Source: Waddliaceae bacterium (lineage in GTDB: Bacteria > Chlamydiota > Chlamydiia > Chlamydiales > SLFE01). Taken from it: 64,000 bases of DNA. Under the pieces are notes generated by a model, which searched no databases, was not told the origin of the DNA, and worked only from the letters and a program-made list of their open reading frames with translations. The stretch is from the NCBI GenBank assembly GCA_963771045.1, contig CAVYRW010000002.1, positions 28,251 to 92,250 on the forward strand. Reading direction: 5' to 3'. Position numbers and translations under genes: made by a program. Positions 45,018 through 55,350 of this stretch are shown here, piece by piece (position 1 is the stretch's first letter; each line of letters opens with the position of its first letter).

Positions 45018-46118
45018 ATGAGAAAACTATTGCTACCCCTTATATGCATTGTCGCAACCGGCTGCGGAATCAAGGTTGGCCCGCGCAATGTTAGGCAAGA
45101 CAGCGTCTACTATAACGAGGCCATTCAGACCGGCGCTGACAGACAATTATTACTAAACATCGTCCGCCTTCGCTATCGGGATACCCCGTCCTTCCTTGAC
45201 GTCGGCGTTGTTTCCGCCTCTTACGATTTCAAGCGATCGTTCAACAACGCATTTGAGACAGGCAGTGTTGATTTTCCAAGTGTTGGCTGGAAACCTGCGG
45301 TCGGCCTTGAGTACTCTGAAAAACCGACCACAACCTACAACCCCCTTACAGGGAAAAGTTTTGTCGAACAGCTTTTAGCGCCCATTAAGTTCGACACTTT
45401 TTTGCTGCTCAACGCTTCCGGATGGAAAACCGAGAGGCTCTTGCGCTGTTGCATCCAACGGATGAATAATGTGAGAAATGCCACGAGAGCATCGGGCCCG
45501 ACGCCCCATACCGAGCCGGTGTATAAAGAGTTTCTCGAACTTGCAGAAATTTTTCAGGAACTGGACAACTACGACGCTCTTCACATCGATAAGAAAAAAG
45601 ATGAAGAAGGGAAGCATTACTATGTTCTCCATATTGAAGAAAACCAAGCGAATCCGAATGTCATGAACAGATTTTGGGATATTCTTGAGCTGACGCCCGG
45701 AACCTATGAATTTTACCTGAGCCGGTATCACGGAAGGCATCACCATGGCAATGAAATCACCATTGAAACTAGGTCGCCGCTCAGCGTGCTCTATTACCTT
45801 TCTCATGGTGTCGCTGTGCCGATACGCGATGAAATGTCGGGAAGGGTCACACTGACAACCGATCAAATGGGGAATGTTTTTGACTGGGAAAATGTGCTCA
45901 TGGATCTTTTTTCAGTTCACAGCCATCCCCTCAAACTCAAAAAAAACTGCTACCCCAGCCCATTTGTTTCAATCTGCTATCGCGGGTCCATCTTCTATAT
46001 TGACGACAGAGATCTTTCGTCCAAATCGACGTTTTCTATGCTCACTCAATTGATGGCGCTCCAGAGCGGATGTCCGGATCAGCCGCTCCTGACGCTGCCG
46101 ATCGCGCCGTCGCCATAA
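45018..46118 (+). CDS. Hypothetical lipoprotein
   Basis: Lipobox ATGC; QLLLNIVRLRYRD motif. Confidence 0.65.
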   Translation: MRKLLLPLICIVATGCGIKVGPRNVRQDSVYYNEAIQTGADRQLLLNIVRLRYRDTPSFLDVGVVSASYDFKRSFNNAFETGSVDFPSVGWKPAVGLEYSEKPTTTYNPLTGKSFVEQLLAPIKFDTFLLLNASGWKTERLLRCCIQRMNNVRNATRASGPTPHTEPVYKEFLELAEIFQELDNYDALHIDKKKDEEGKHYYVLHIEENQANPNVMNRFWDILELTPGTYEFYLSRYHGRHHHGNEITIETRSPLSVLYYLSHGVAVPIRDEMSGRVTLTTDQMGNVFDWENVLMDLFSVHSHPLKLKKNCYPSPFVSICYRGSIFYIDDRDLSSKSTFSMLTQLMALQSGCPDQPLLTLPIAPSP

Positions 46119-46125
46119 TTGGTCG

Positions 46126-46155
46126 AAAAGGGAAGGGAAACCTTCCCTTTTTTTT
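46126..46155 (+). terminator. Intrinsic terminator
   Basis: AAAAGGGAAGG-GAAA-CCTTCCCTTTT followed by a U tract. Confidence 0.85.
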
Positions 46156-46288
46156 GCCATAAGCATTCGACAATCTAAACCTTTTCTGAGCCAAAATCTC
46201 TCTCTGTGGTAGAAAAATTCATAGCAGACATATTGAGATTAAAAGAAATAGATTAGCTTGATTATATCTTTTAGGTACACTGCCCAGA

Positions 46289-46419
46289 GCTCTGTCAACT
46301 TAAAGATTTAGGATTGTTTGCGCTCGGCAAAGGACGGAGTGCGCAGGCAACTTGTTAAGTTGTCAAACACGAGCACAAAGCCGAGCGCAAACAATCCTAA
46401 ATCTTTAAGTTGACAGAGC
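46289..46419. mobile_element. MITE-like palindromic element (131 bp)
   Basis: Perfect 40-bp inverted repeats 46289-46328 and 46380-46419. Confidence 0.75.
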
Positions 46420-46446
46420 ACTAGCCTCAAGTGCAACAAAACGGTA

Positions 46447-47403
46447 CTATGGAGTCGTAAAAGTGACGAAATCACCCACTTGAGGTTTGACAATCGTCTG
46501 TGTATCGAAGAGCACAGAGTTAAAATAGGCTTTGATTTCCAAAGAGTCTGCACTATCTGAGACAGCTGCAACTCTCACGGTAAACTGCCGATCGCCAAGT
46601 GGATTGCTGGCAACTTCAGCTCCATTTGTGTTGACCTGTGAAAATTGCACAATTTTGCTGTTCTGATCCAGGATTTCGAGTTCATCGATTATATCCTCAT
46701 TGTCCTTAAGATCGAAAGTAAGAAATGATTCACCCTCTTCAGAAACAATTTGTTCCGACTCTACACAATGGTCGTTATTTTTCGTCGCATAAATAGCTCC
46801 TACTGTAACACCGGCAATTGTTGCAGCTGCAGGAAATAGATATCTTCCAAATTTTTTGCGGGGTTTTTCATAATAACCGCATTCAGGCTCATAATAATTA
46901 CCATACCCTCGATCATCGTAGTCATAGACCGGCTCATAATAATCACAATCATTGCTGTTATAGGCTGGCTCATAATAATCACAATCATTGCTGTTATAGG
47001 CTGGCTCATAATAATCACAATCATTGCTGTTATAGGCAGGGTTGGAATCATCATAATCGGGGTTATAAGGCATCGGACAACTAGCTGGCTTGGGAGCATT
47101 GACAGCAGATGTCATGGCATTTTTACGGGAGGGATGATAAGGTCCCGGAGGCGTTGCCAGACGAGATTTTCTGTACCAAACTTGCGGAGAATCATCTCGA
47201 TCTTCTTGCGCGATTTTTTTATCTTTAGAGTTTGTTTGGCATCCCGCTTCGACACAGGCATGTTGTTCTTTGTTACAGATATGCCGGCTCTGATAACCCG
47301 AAACACCTCCTCTGTCATCCGCTGACAGCAAGGATGCAATCGTCAAAATTACGAGGAAGGAAATCTGAATCGTTTGATTTTTTAAAAACAAGGCATACTC
47401 CAA
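46447..47403 (-). CDS. Hypothetical exported Cys/Tyr-rich repeat protein
   Basis: N-terminal hydrophobic segment; three copies of PAYNSNDCDYYE; downstream of the porin array. Confidence 0.6.
   Translation of the reverse strand: MEYALFLKNQTIQISFLVILTIASLLSADDRGGVSGYQSRHICNKEQHACVEAGCQTNSKDKKIAQEDRDDSPQVWYRKSRLATPPGPYHPSRKNAMTSAVNAPKPASCPMPYNPDYDDSNPAYNSNDCDYYEPAYNSNDCDYYEPAYNSNDCDYYEPVYDYDDRGYGNYYEPECGYYEKPRKKFGRYLFPAAATIAGVTVGAIYATKNNDHCVESEQIVSEEGESFLTFDLKDNEDIIDELEILDQNSKIVQFSQVNTNGAEVASNPLGDRQFTVRVAAVSDSADSLEIKAYFNSVLFDTQTIVKPQVGDFVTFTTP
46931..47038 (-). repeat. 36-bp coding tandem repeat, 3 copies
   Basis: GGCTCATAATAATCACAATCATTGCTGTTATAGGCT at 46931, 46967 and 47003. Confidence 0.92.
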
Positions 47404-47405
47404 TT

Positions 47406-48473
47406 TTAAAATCCAACATCCAAGCCGACAAAGAGTCCATGCAGAGCCAGATTGGATCCAAGCGATCCTGTTGAAACACCGATCTCATCACCGCTATCAA
47501 AAAACCTTCGAATTCGCGGAACATTCCACCATTCAAGAAATTCATAGCCTATGCGGGCTCTCAAAACCATTCCGCACCAATCTTTCTCATAGCTAAGTCC
47601 AGCCATGAGGTGGCATCCCGGAATGCAAATATCTGTACAATCTTTAAATGTAACCTTCACATCGGTAGGGAAGGATCCGGTTGTCACACGTCTTTGGGTA
47701 TTGACTGTATCATTATTGCCGCCAACAACACTGAGCGAAGCGTTTGTAAACCACTTGATTCCATTGCAAATCGTATACCGGTATTCTGTTCCAATCTTGA
47801 GCCCCAAAGCAAGCACTTCGGAATCCCAACGTACTTTGTATGTGGCGGCGTCTTCAACAAATTCTCCGACGGCAAAAGAATCTGTGTCCTGATTGATTTT
47901 GATCCCCTCAATTCCCCAAAAAGGAATTAAAGAATTGCAAGGCCCGAAACATTTGAACTCATAGCGGAAGAGAACATCAAAGGATTGGTAACGAAATGTG
48001 TGGTTTGCGTCTATTTGCGTCATGCCGCCTATATCCAAACCGGCGTGATCGAGAGTGGAGAAAATCATCCCGCTAGGGACAGGAAGGACAACGCTTTCAC
48101 TTGTTTTTGCCCAAAGCCATGTATAAGAGCCCCATACATCCCATCCGCACAAAATGTCTTTTTTGAGTCCATAAACGCGGAATCCCGGCTCAAAGCCATG
48201 GTCGAGATTTTCATAACTCCCCTTGGACGTTGTATTCGAAGTATTGGGATCGGTGTCGAATTTAATGGCGTAGTCGAGGTCGTTGAGGCAGGGTTTCCAA
48301 TAAATAAAATCAGCTCCCACTTCGAATCCACTGCACCAGCAAACGCAAGGATTGCACAGTTTAGGACAGCAAGGATCGGATTCGTAAAGCGCTTGACCAT
48401 ATCCAAATGTTGGAGACAGAGAAAAAAAAACCAGAATGAGTGCAAGCTGTGTCTTAAGCGATGAAATGGTCAT
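47406..48473 (-). CDS. Cys-rich MOMP-like outer membrane beta-barrel (Lpg1974-like), paralogue 4
   Basis: Signal peptide; ADFIYWKP, PGFRV, GYEFLEWW, C-terminal HGLFVGLDVGF. Confidence 0.8.
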   Translation of the reverse strand: MTISSLKTQLALILVFFSLSPTFGYGQALYESDPCCPKLCNPCVCWCSGFEVGADFIYWKPCLNDLDYAIKFDTDPNTSNTTSKGSYENLDHGFEPGFRVYGLKKDILCGWDVWGSYTWLWAKTSESVVLPVPSGMIFSTLDHAGLDIGGMTQIDANHTFRYQSFDVLFRYEFKCFGPCNSLIPFWGIEGIKINQDTDSFAVGEFVEDAATYKVRWDSEVLALGLKIGTEYRYTICNGIKWFTNASLSVVGGNNDTVNTQRRVTTGSFPTDVKVTFKDCTDICIPGCHLMAGLSYEKDWCGMVLRARIGYEFLEWWNVPRIRRFFDSGDEIGVSTGSLGSNLALHGLFVGLDVGF

Positions 48474-48546
48474 GAATTAGGTCTCCTAAACACTGAGGTT
48501 GAGATATTTTAGTTATATCAAGTTCCTTTTTTTTGCAAAATACAAA

Positions 48547-49629
48547 TCAAATGCTAAATCCAACTCCCACAAATAATCCATGAAATCCTATTCGTGATCC
48601 GTTTACCGACGTCGACAAGCCAACACTTTCGGGAGCATCGGAAAGAAAACGGCGGATTTGAGGCATGTTAAACCACTGAATGAATTCATAACCGATCGTC
48701 ACAAGAAATTCCCGTCCACAAGACTCAATTGTATAGTCGGCCCCTGCCTTCAAGTGAAGTCCTGGAGTGCAGACTTTATCGTCGGTATGAAAGAAAACGA
48801 TTCTGGAATTGTTAACATCCTGCTGGCGATTGACACTCTTGTTGCACCCGCCAACTACAGTAAAAATACCTTGGGCAAAAAACTCCAGGCAGGATTGCAG
48901 ATGAAAACGGTAATCGGCACCTATTTCCAGACCCAATGCCTCGTAGCACGATTCCCAGCGGACTTTAGCCCTTGTCACCTCGGCTTCAATACCGTTGGAT
49001 TCAATAACCTGATCCAGTTTAACGCCCTCCAACCCAAAGAAGGGAAATAATTGATGGCAGGATGCCAGCTCGAAGACCTGTCCGAACTGAACCTCAAAAG
49101 TTTGATACTGATATTTGTGGCTCCCGGTAATTTGATTAAACGATTCAAAAAAGGTAATTGTTCCGGGATGGAAAATAGTCGGCACGACACTTTCAATCAC
49201 TCCTTGGACATCCTGATTGTCTTTTCCCTGAAACCATGTGTAATTGAATCGCAAATCCCAATTGCAAAACACTCGTTCCGCCTCCAATCCGACGCGAAAA
49301 CCGGGCATCCACCGGTGCTCGACGCTTTGATAGGAATTGTCCTGGAAAATAACGTCGGCGTCTATCCCTAAATCATCTGTTTTTATTGCGTAATCCAGAT
49401 TGTTAAAGCAAGGAGTCCACCACAAGAATTCACCGGTAATCACAAACCCGTTTCCAACGCCCTTGCAGCAGGGATCGCAATTGGGAAATTGGCAAAAGCA
49501 CTCCGGTTCGCAGCAGCAGTTAGAAGAGGTGCAGCAAGGACTGCAGTCCTGGGCTGCCGCCTCTGCAACAGCAAAAAAAAAGCAGGCGAGAATAATCGTC
49601 TTGATATATTTCAGAATATTTTGTGCCAT
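48547..49629 (-). CDS. Cys-rich MOMP-like outer membrane beta-barrel, paralogue 3
   Basis: EFLWWTP, PGFRV, GYEFIQWF, HGLFVGVGFSI. Confidence 0.8.
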   Translation of the reverse strand: MAQNILKYIKTIILACFFFAVAEAAAQDCSPCCTSSNCCCEPECFCQFPNCDPCCKGVGNGFVITGEFLWWTPCFNNLDYAIKTDDLGIDADVIFQDNSYQSVEHRWMPGFRVGLEAERVFCNWDLRFNYTWFQGKDNQDVQGVIESVVPTIFHPGTITFFESFNQITGSHKYQYQTFEVQFGQVFELASCHQLFPFFGLEGVKLDQVIESNGIEAEVTRAKVRWESCYEALGLEIGADYRFHLQSCLEFFAQGIFTVVGGCNKSVNRQQDVNNSRIVFFHTDDKVCTPGLHLKAGADYTIESCGREFLVTIGYEFIQWFNMPQIRRFLSDAPESVGLSTSVNGSRIGFHGLFVGVGFSI

Positions 49630-49653
49630 TTTCTTAGCTCTCCTTATTATGCT

Positions 49654-50640
49654 TTAAAATCCGAAATCCAATCCTGCAAACAGGCCGTGCAATGTCAGGT
49701 TTGATCCGGTTGATAGTGTCGTAGAGTCGAGAAAAAGGTCTTCATTGCTGACATTTGCCCGACGGATTTTCGGTATATTCCACCAATCGAGGAATTCGTA
49801 ACCTACTTGAAATTTGATTGCCTTACCGCACCATGAAAGTTCGTATCGAAGTCCCGCGGCCAAATGACAACCGGGAAGACATAGATCTTCACATTCCTTA
49901 AACGTGAATTTAACATCAACATCATCGTGATTTGTCAAGGTGTTGCATGAATCGTTAAATCCTCCGAGGACTGTAAAAGATCCTTTGAAAAACCACTGAA
50001 AATGGCAGGGGAGCAGAATGCGGTACTCCGTTCCAAGCTTAAGACCGAGACCGAGATACTCGGAATCCCAATGTATTTTCACGAAATCATTGGGATTCTC
50101 GTTGGAGATGGCATGGGAAATGGTATCTTGTTCAAGTTTCATTCCCTCGAATCCGAGAAAAGGGATGAAAACACTACAAGGGCTGCAGCACTCGAAGCTA
50201 AAAAAAAACAGAGCGTCGAATGTTTGGTAGCGGAGTGCGTGGCTTGCCCGAATCTCCGACGCGGTGCCTATATTGAATTCACTTTGAGCCAGCGTGGACA
50301 AGAGATCGCCTCCTGCTGGAAGCAAGGATTTATTCTCCGCTTTATTCCAAAGATAAGTATAGCTGCCCGAAATTCCCAAGCCGCACCAAAGATCGTCAAG
50401 ACGGCCAAAGACGCGGAATCCCGGCTCATAGCCATGATCCAGGCAGTGATAACATCCTTCCGCGCCAAGATCAGGATCTGCATTAAATGAAATGGCATAA
50501 TCGAGATCGTTTAAGCAGGGTTTCCAATAAATGAAGTCAGCGCCGAACTCCAGGCCATCGCATGGCAACAAATCGCTGTGTGCGGAAACCATGGTTAATA
50601 TACAGGGGATTATGATTAACAATTTCCGCAGGTAGTTCAT
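49654..50640 (-). CDS. Cys-rich MOMP-like outer membrane beta-barrel, paralogue 2
   Basis: ADFIYWKP, PGFRV, GYEFLDWW, HGLFAGLDFGF. Confidence 0.8.
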   Translation of the reverse strand: MNYLRKLLIIIPCILTMVSAHSDLLPCDGLEFGADFIYWKPCLNDLDYAISFNADPDLGAEGCYHCLDHGYEPGFRVFGRLDDLWCGLGISGSYTYLWNKAENKSLLPAGGDLLSTLAQSEFNIGTASEIRASHALRYQTFDALFFFSFECCSPCSVFIPFLGFEGMKLEQDTISHAISNENPNDFVKIHWDSEYLGLGLKLGTEYRILLPCHFQWFFKGSFTVLGGFNDSCNTLTNHDDVDVKFTFKECEDLCLPGCHLAAGLRYELSWCGKAIKFQVGYEFLDWWNIPKIRRANVSNEDLFLDSTTLSTGSNLTLHGLFAGLDFGF

Positions 50641-50685
50641 CTATTTGACCTCCTTTTATAAACGTTGCGCATCCTCTTAACGGCT

Positions 50686-51720
50686 TCAATATTGAAACGC
50701 ACCTCCGACAAATAAGCCCTGGAATCCAAAATTCGATCCTCTGGACGGTGTCGCTGTGGGATTAAACCCTGTAAATTTTTTAATTTGAGGGGTATTCAAC
50801 CAATCAAGAAACTCCCAACCGAATGTTAAAGTAAACACTTTATCACACCAGCATTTCGTATAATTAAAACCGAGCTGGATATGATAGCCGGGTACAGTGA
50901 CGCGGATACCTTCATCGAGGTTGATCGCAAAATCGCCAAGCACACTTGTTCCATTTTGATGGACCATGCCGTCAATATGCCCCCGCAAAACTGTAAATGA
51001 TCCTTTTCCGAAAAAGTCCAGGCAGTTAAACAAACGGTATGTATATTCGGTGCCGGCCTTGAAACCTACTCCCCAGAATTCAGAATCCCACCTTAAGTGA
51101 GCGTTAAAGTCGGAAAGAATTCCCCCGTCGATGTCCGATTCCGTAACCTGATCAAACCACATGCCCTCAATTCCTATAAATGGATGGAGAATTTGGCAAG
51201 GGGTCAAACAATAGTCGAAACCGAGCAGGGCATCAAAATTTTGATAAGTGTATTCATGTTTTGCCCACTCATTCTGCAAGTCAGACAGGCCGGTAATGAC
51301 AATGCCAAGGGAGGAAAACAAAACGCCTTCCGCAGGCGCATGCGCCGCTGCTGAATCCTTCCCGCAAACCCGGGTGTAGGAAAATTCCGTATCCAAACCG
51401 CAGTAGACATTGTCTTTCCCCGCACGAACGCGGAATCCCGGAGCCCAACCATGGTCAATAAAATGCGTATGGCCATTCGCTTCGAAAACATCCAGCCCGG
51501 TAAAATTCAAATCGTATGTGGTGGCAAATTCCAAATCGTTTATGCATGGCTGCCACAACAGAAATTCCGCTCCGACCCAAATATCGTCAAAACACGAAAG
51601 ATTCGTGCAGGGATTGTGAATGCTTCGATAATTTTCACAACAATCATCAGCGGAAATGAATGCAGGTATCATAGATACTAGAGCTGCCAGCAGCCATTGT
51701 TTCAGTTTGATCATAGTCAA
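50686..51720 (-). CDS. Cys-rich MOMP-like outer membrane beta-barrel, paralogue 1
   Basis: EFLLWQP, PGFRV, GWEFLDWL, QGLFVGGAFQY. Confidence 0.8.
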   Translation of the reverse strand: MTMIKLKQWLLAALVSMIPAFISADDCCENYRSIHNPCTNLSCFDDIWVGAEFLLWQPCINDLEFATTYDLNFTGLDVFEANGHTHFIDHGWAPGFRVRAGKDNVYCGLDTEFSYTRVCGKDSAAAHAPAEGVLFSSLGIVITGLSDLQNEWAKHEYTYQNFDALLGFDYCLTPCQILHPFIGIEGMWFDQVTESDIDGGILSDFNAHLRWDSEFWGVGFKAGTEYTYRLFNCLDFFGKGSFTVLRGHIDGMVHQNGTSVLGDFAINLDEGIRVTVPGYHIQLGFNYTKCWCDKVFTLTFGWEFLDWLNTPQIKKFTGFNPTATPSRGSNFGFQGLFVGGAFQY

Positions 51721-51771
51721 CTCCTTTTGTTAAAAAATATAGACTACATGATTTGGAAAATTGTGAAAAGA

Positions 51772-52380
51772 TTAATTTACTAATTTCAATGCTTCACGGA
51801 TAAGTGTCGACAAGTCGGACGTCTCGGAATGCTTTTCGAGCGACTTCTTTGCGGCGGTCTGCGCTTTTGCCTGGTTATATCCGAGATTGATAAGCGCTCC
51901 GATGATATCCTGCGATAAATCCGCCGTCCCTTCCTTAGAAATTTGGATCGCATAATCGGAGGGGTTTTTTCCAAACATGTTGGGAAGCCTTCCTTTCATC
52001 TCAACGATCAAGCGCTCCGCGGTTTTTTTACCGACACCAGGAACGCGGCTGATCGATTTTGCGTCGGCGCTAATGACAGCGCTATGCAGATCGGCAAGAG
52101 TCATGTGGCCGACCAGGCTGAGCGCCAGTTTGGGGCCGATGCCGCTGATATTAATCAACACCTCGAAAACATCGCGTTCTTGACTTGTCGGAAATCCGTA
52201 AAGTGACTGGCTATTTTCCCTGCAGATAAACGATGTGTGGAGGAAAATTATCTCGCCGGCTTGAGGAAGTTTTGAAAAACAGCTGGCGGAAATCAAAACT
52301 TTATATCCCACTCCTCCGGTTTCGACGATGACAAAAGAAGGTGTGGATTCAAACAGCTTTCCCTGAAGATGAGCGTACAT
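51772..52380 (-). CDS. ruvA: Holliday junction branch migration protein RuvA
   Basis: VETGGVGY, LYGF, ISGIGPKLAL, VPGVGKKTAERL, ALINLGY. Confidence 0.95.
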   Translation of the reverse strand: MYAHLQGKLFESTPSFVIVETGGVGYKVLISASCFSKLPQAGEIIFLHTSFICRENSQSLYGFPTSQERDVFEVLINISGIGPKLALSLVGHMTLADLHSAVISADAKSISRVPGVGKKTAERLIVEMKGRLPNMFGKNPSDYAIQISKEGTADLSQDIIGALINLGYNQAKAQTAAKKSLEKHSETSDLSTLIREALKLVN

Positions 52381-52907
52381 TAGATTTCGACTCCTTTATA
52401 GGATTGTTTAGCATGCAGATGGCATATGGCCAGAGCCAAAGCATCTGCGGCATCGTCCGGCTCGGGCAGTTTTGGCAAATTCAATAACCTCATAGTCATC
52501 GACTGAATTTGCGGCTTGCTGGCGCGGCCGTTTCCCGTAACGGCCAATTTCGCTTTCGTAGGGGAATATTCGTAAATAGGCAATCCTTTGCTTTTTGCGG
52601 CAATGATCACCCCGCCTCTTGCCATCCCGAGCTTCATTGCGCTTTGAACATTTTTACTCACATACTGCGTTTCCACAACCACAAAATCGGGGAGATATTT
52701 ATCCATCAAATCCGATAGAGCTGAAAAAATGATCCAGTAACGGTCGCTCAGTTTTTTTGAGGCTGGGGGTTTAATGCATCCGTAGTCAAGAGGCAGAATT
52801 TTTGTCCCCTCTTCCTTAATAATGCCAAATCCTGTGATGATCGTTCCGGGATCGACGCCCATCACAACGGATTCTTTTGCAATCTGCGGGCTTGTTTTCC
52901 TATTCAT
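52380..52907 (-). CDS. ruvC: Crossover junction endodeoxyribonuclease RuvC
   Basis: GVDPG, VVVE, KLAVTGNGRASK, DDAADALALAICH; ATG 52907 preferred over the track start 53066. Confidence 0.95.
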   Translation of the reverse strand: MNRKTSPQIAKESVVMGVDPGTIITGFGIIKEEGTKILPLDYGCIKPPASKKLSDRYWIIFSALSDLMDKYLPDFVVVETQYVSKNVQSAMKLGMARGGVIIAAKSKGLPIYEYSPTKAKLAVTGNGRASKPQIQSMTMRLLNLPKLPEPDDAADALALAICHLHAKQSYKGVEI

Positions 52908-54783
52908 CAAAAAACGAGTGGCGATGCCTTTTTGGAGAGGCCGCCGCGGCAAAAAGACCGCTCTCCTCACGATTGATATTTTCTTGAGTTTTAACGGGAG
53001 CCCTGAGTTTTGCAGGCTCGGGAGTCGAGGGCTTTTCAACAGCCTCTGTTTGAAAAACACTGCCAAGCTGAGCGAAGCCCTGCTGCAAACGATTATATTT
53101 TTCTTCGATAGCCAAAAGGTCCTGATTACTTTGCTGCAATTGGGCGTTTTTCTTTTTTATCGTTTGCAACTCTTCGGATTTGGCAGCCAGTTCCCGATCA
53201 AACTCTTTTCGCGCTTTTTCGAAAGACTCCTGAATGCTTTGAAGTTCTTTTTTATGGCTCTCGATCTCCCTATTTTGATCTTCGACTTTTTGCCGCAGAG
53301 TCTCCATACGGTTGTTCTGATGACTGAGAAACGACTTTTGTTCCTCAGCAGTGTTTTTGAACTGGGTGATTTCCTTCATTTTTTTAGCAAGATGCTGCTG
53401 AGCGGTCTTGAGAGAGATTTCCTTCTCTCCCACCTGCGCTTGAATTTTGTACATTTGATCGCGAAACTTTTGCATCTCATAAGTCATCTGGGCGATTTTG
53501 GCATCGCGCGACTCCAAAGCGTTCTTCTTCTCTTCAAAAGCCGATTCTTTTTCCCGAATGATTTTTTCGAGTTCCCGCTTGAGCTCCTCAGCCCTCTTTT
53601 CTCTTTCAGCATATGAGGCGACCTGCTCTTCCAGACTTCTTAGCTTGTCTTTGGAACCAGCTTCGATGTTTTGGATCTGCTCCTGTTTGGCGATCAGCAC
53701 TTCGGCCTGCCTTTCAATAACCCCTTCTTTGTCTGCGAGCAAATCTTTGAGCCGTTTGTTCTCATCAGACTTGCTTTTCTGCAAACTCCAGCTCCTTTTC
53801 AAGCTTGCTTAAGCTTTTTCCGCGCTCTTCAAGATCCGCCTGAAATGTTTCTTTTTCTAACTTAAGGCAAGCGCATGTTTCTAAAGCTCTTTTCAGCTTC
53901 TCTTCAATTTTTTTTTTTCAAGGTCACCTTTTTGCTCAAGCTTTGCGGCAAGCTCTTTTTCCTTCTCTAACGATACTTTGCAGCTATTTTCTGCTTCTTC
54001 GAGCTTTTCCCTTAAATACTGAATCCCTTTTTCCAGCTGCCGGCCATGAAGATTTGCATCCTGGAGTTCTTTTTCCTGCTGTTTATTTTTGTCTTCCAAC
54101 AATTTGATCTGGTCGGTCTCTTCCTGGATTACACCTTCCAGCTCACGCCGCTTTTCGATAGACGACTGGTAATTATTTTGGAGGCTTTCGTATTCGGCAA
54201 GCAGGCGGTTTTTTTCTTCAATCTCTACGACAAAATCGCCGGAATTTTGTTTCTCGACGGCAAGGTGCTTTTGCACCCGCTCCAAATCCTGCCTGAGTCC
54301 CTCCAGCTCTTCTTCCCTCTCGCAGAGAGTTTCAAGAGCTTGAGATTTTCCGGCTTCAGCATTATCGAGAAGAGAAGTTTTCAACTCCATCTGCTTCTTC
54401 ATCTCGCTGGCATCCCTGCCCTCTGGAATTGAAGCGCCTCTTTCAAGCTTTTCCTGAAGCTCGCCGATATACCGGCAATTTTCCTCGAGATCGATTTGAA
54501 CCGAGCGGAAGGCCTCCCTTTCCTTTTGAAGAAGGGTCTTAAGCTTTTCGTTCTCCCGGTAAACCTCGTCAGTATAGGTGTCCTTGGCCTCATATTTGCC
54601 GCGATAGTGCTCGACCATGCGCCGAAGCTTCTGCGTCTCTTCTTCAAGAGACTCGGCCTCGGTTTTGGCCGATTCAAGGGCGGCGATTCTTTTTCTGAGA
54701 TTGCGAACAGACTTCTTCTCCGCTTCGAGAATATGAAGCAGGTTTCTGACTTCCTGATCCGAATAGCGTTGTTTCGTTTCCAT
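52900..54783 (-). CDS. Long coiled-coil protein split by frameshift(s) near 53800-53920
   Basis: Two consecutive E/K/Q-rich coiled-coil ORFs (53893-54783, 52900-53802); the break is near a long A/T homopolymer. Confidence 0.6.
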
Positions 54784-55232
54784 TAAAAGTCTCGCGATGT
54801 ATGACTGCTATTCAAAAAATAACCCTTTTTTGTCAGAAGTTCAACATCTAAATTTATGAGGGAGTGGCAAAACTTAAATGAAGACCGATTTTTGAGCTAT
54901 GTTTGTCGGTCTTTGCTACCTGAATTCTACAGTCCCTCTTGCCTTGTTTTTAGAAATCCTTTACGATTAATGCGTTTTTGGTCATGAAGGTTTGTTGATA
55001 TAGCAGCAATCCTCCCGAAACAGTTCGTTTTTGCTTAGTATAAGCAGGTGCCGGAATACCGATAGTTACGATTCTCGGTAGTGTGCATCAAGGCAGAACT
55101 TCGTATCAATGTCTTGCGTGGGAAGGAGGGCTTCTCTGTTCTCCAAATAAAATACAAGGGGCGGAGACAAACAATATGCTGTGTCTGCCTCTGGTGAATC
55201 GGAAAGGACATTGGTACAGCGTCTTATCAGTT

Positions 55233-55318
55233 GGTTGGCGGCTTTGCTCCTTCGGGTCTCAACGTCAACAACAACTTCAACAACGACAATCTCGGTGTTG
55301 TGTCGCAGCGGAAATTCT
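55233..55318 (+). repeat. DGR template repeat (TR), including IMH*-like 3' end
   Basis: 86 nt aligning without gaps to the reverse complement of 56857-56942; core reads AAC GTC AAC AAC AAC TTC AAC AAC GAC AAT. Confidence 0.95.
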
Positions 55319-55329
55319 GCCGGTTGCCT

Positions 55330-55350
55330 GCTGAGTGTTTTCCACTCAGC
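55330..55350 (+). other. Stem-loop just 3' of the TR (candidate spacer RNA structure)
   Basis: GCTGAGTG-TTTTC-CACTCAGC, 8-bp stem; overlaps the avd stop codon. Confidence 0.6.

Noticed and set aside
46931..47038. CRISPR array (36-bp repeat)
   Set aside because: Head-to-tail coding repeat with no spacers
47406..51720. Porin paralogues as additional DGR targets
   Set aside because: Their 3' ends show no similarity to the TR
54784..55232. tRNA or known ncRNA upstream of the TR
   Set aside because: No cloverleaf or family motif recognisable by eye; probably the TR promoter and leader. An Infernal/Rfam search would be needed
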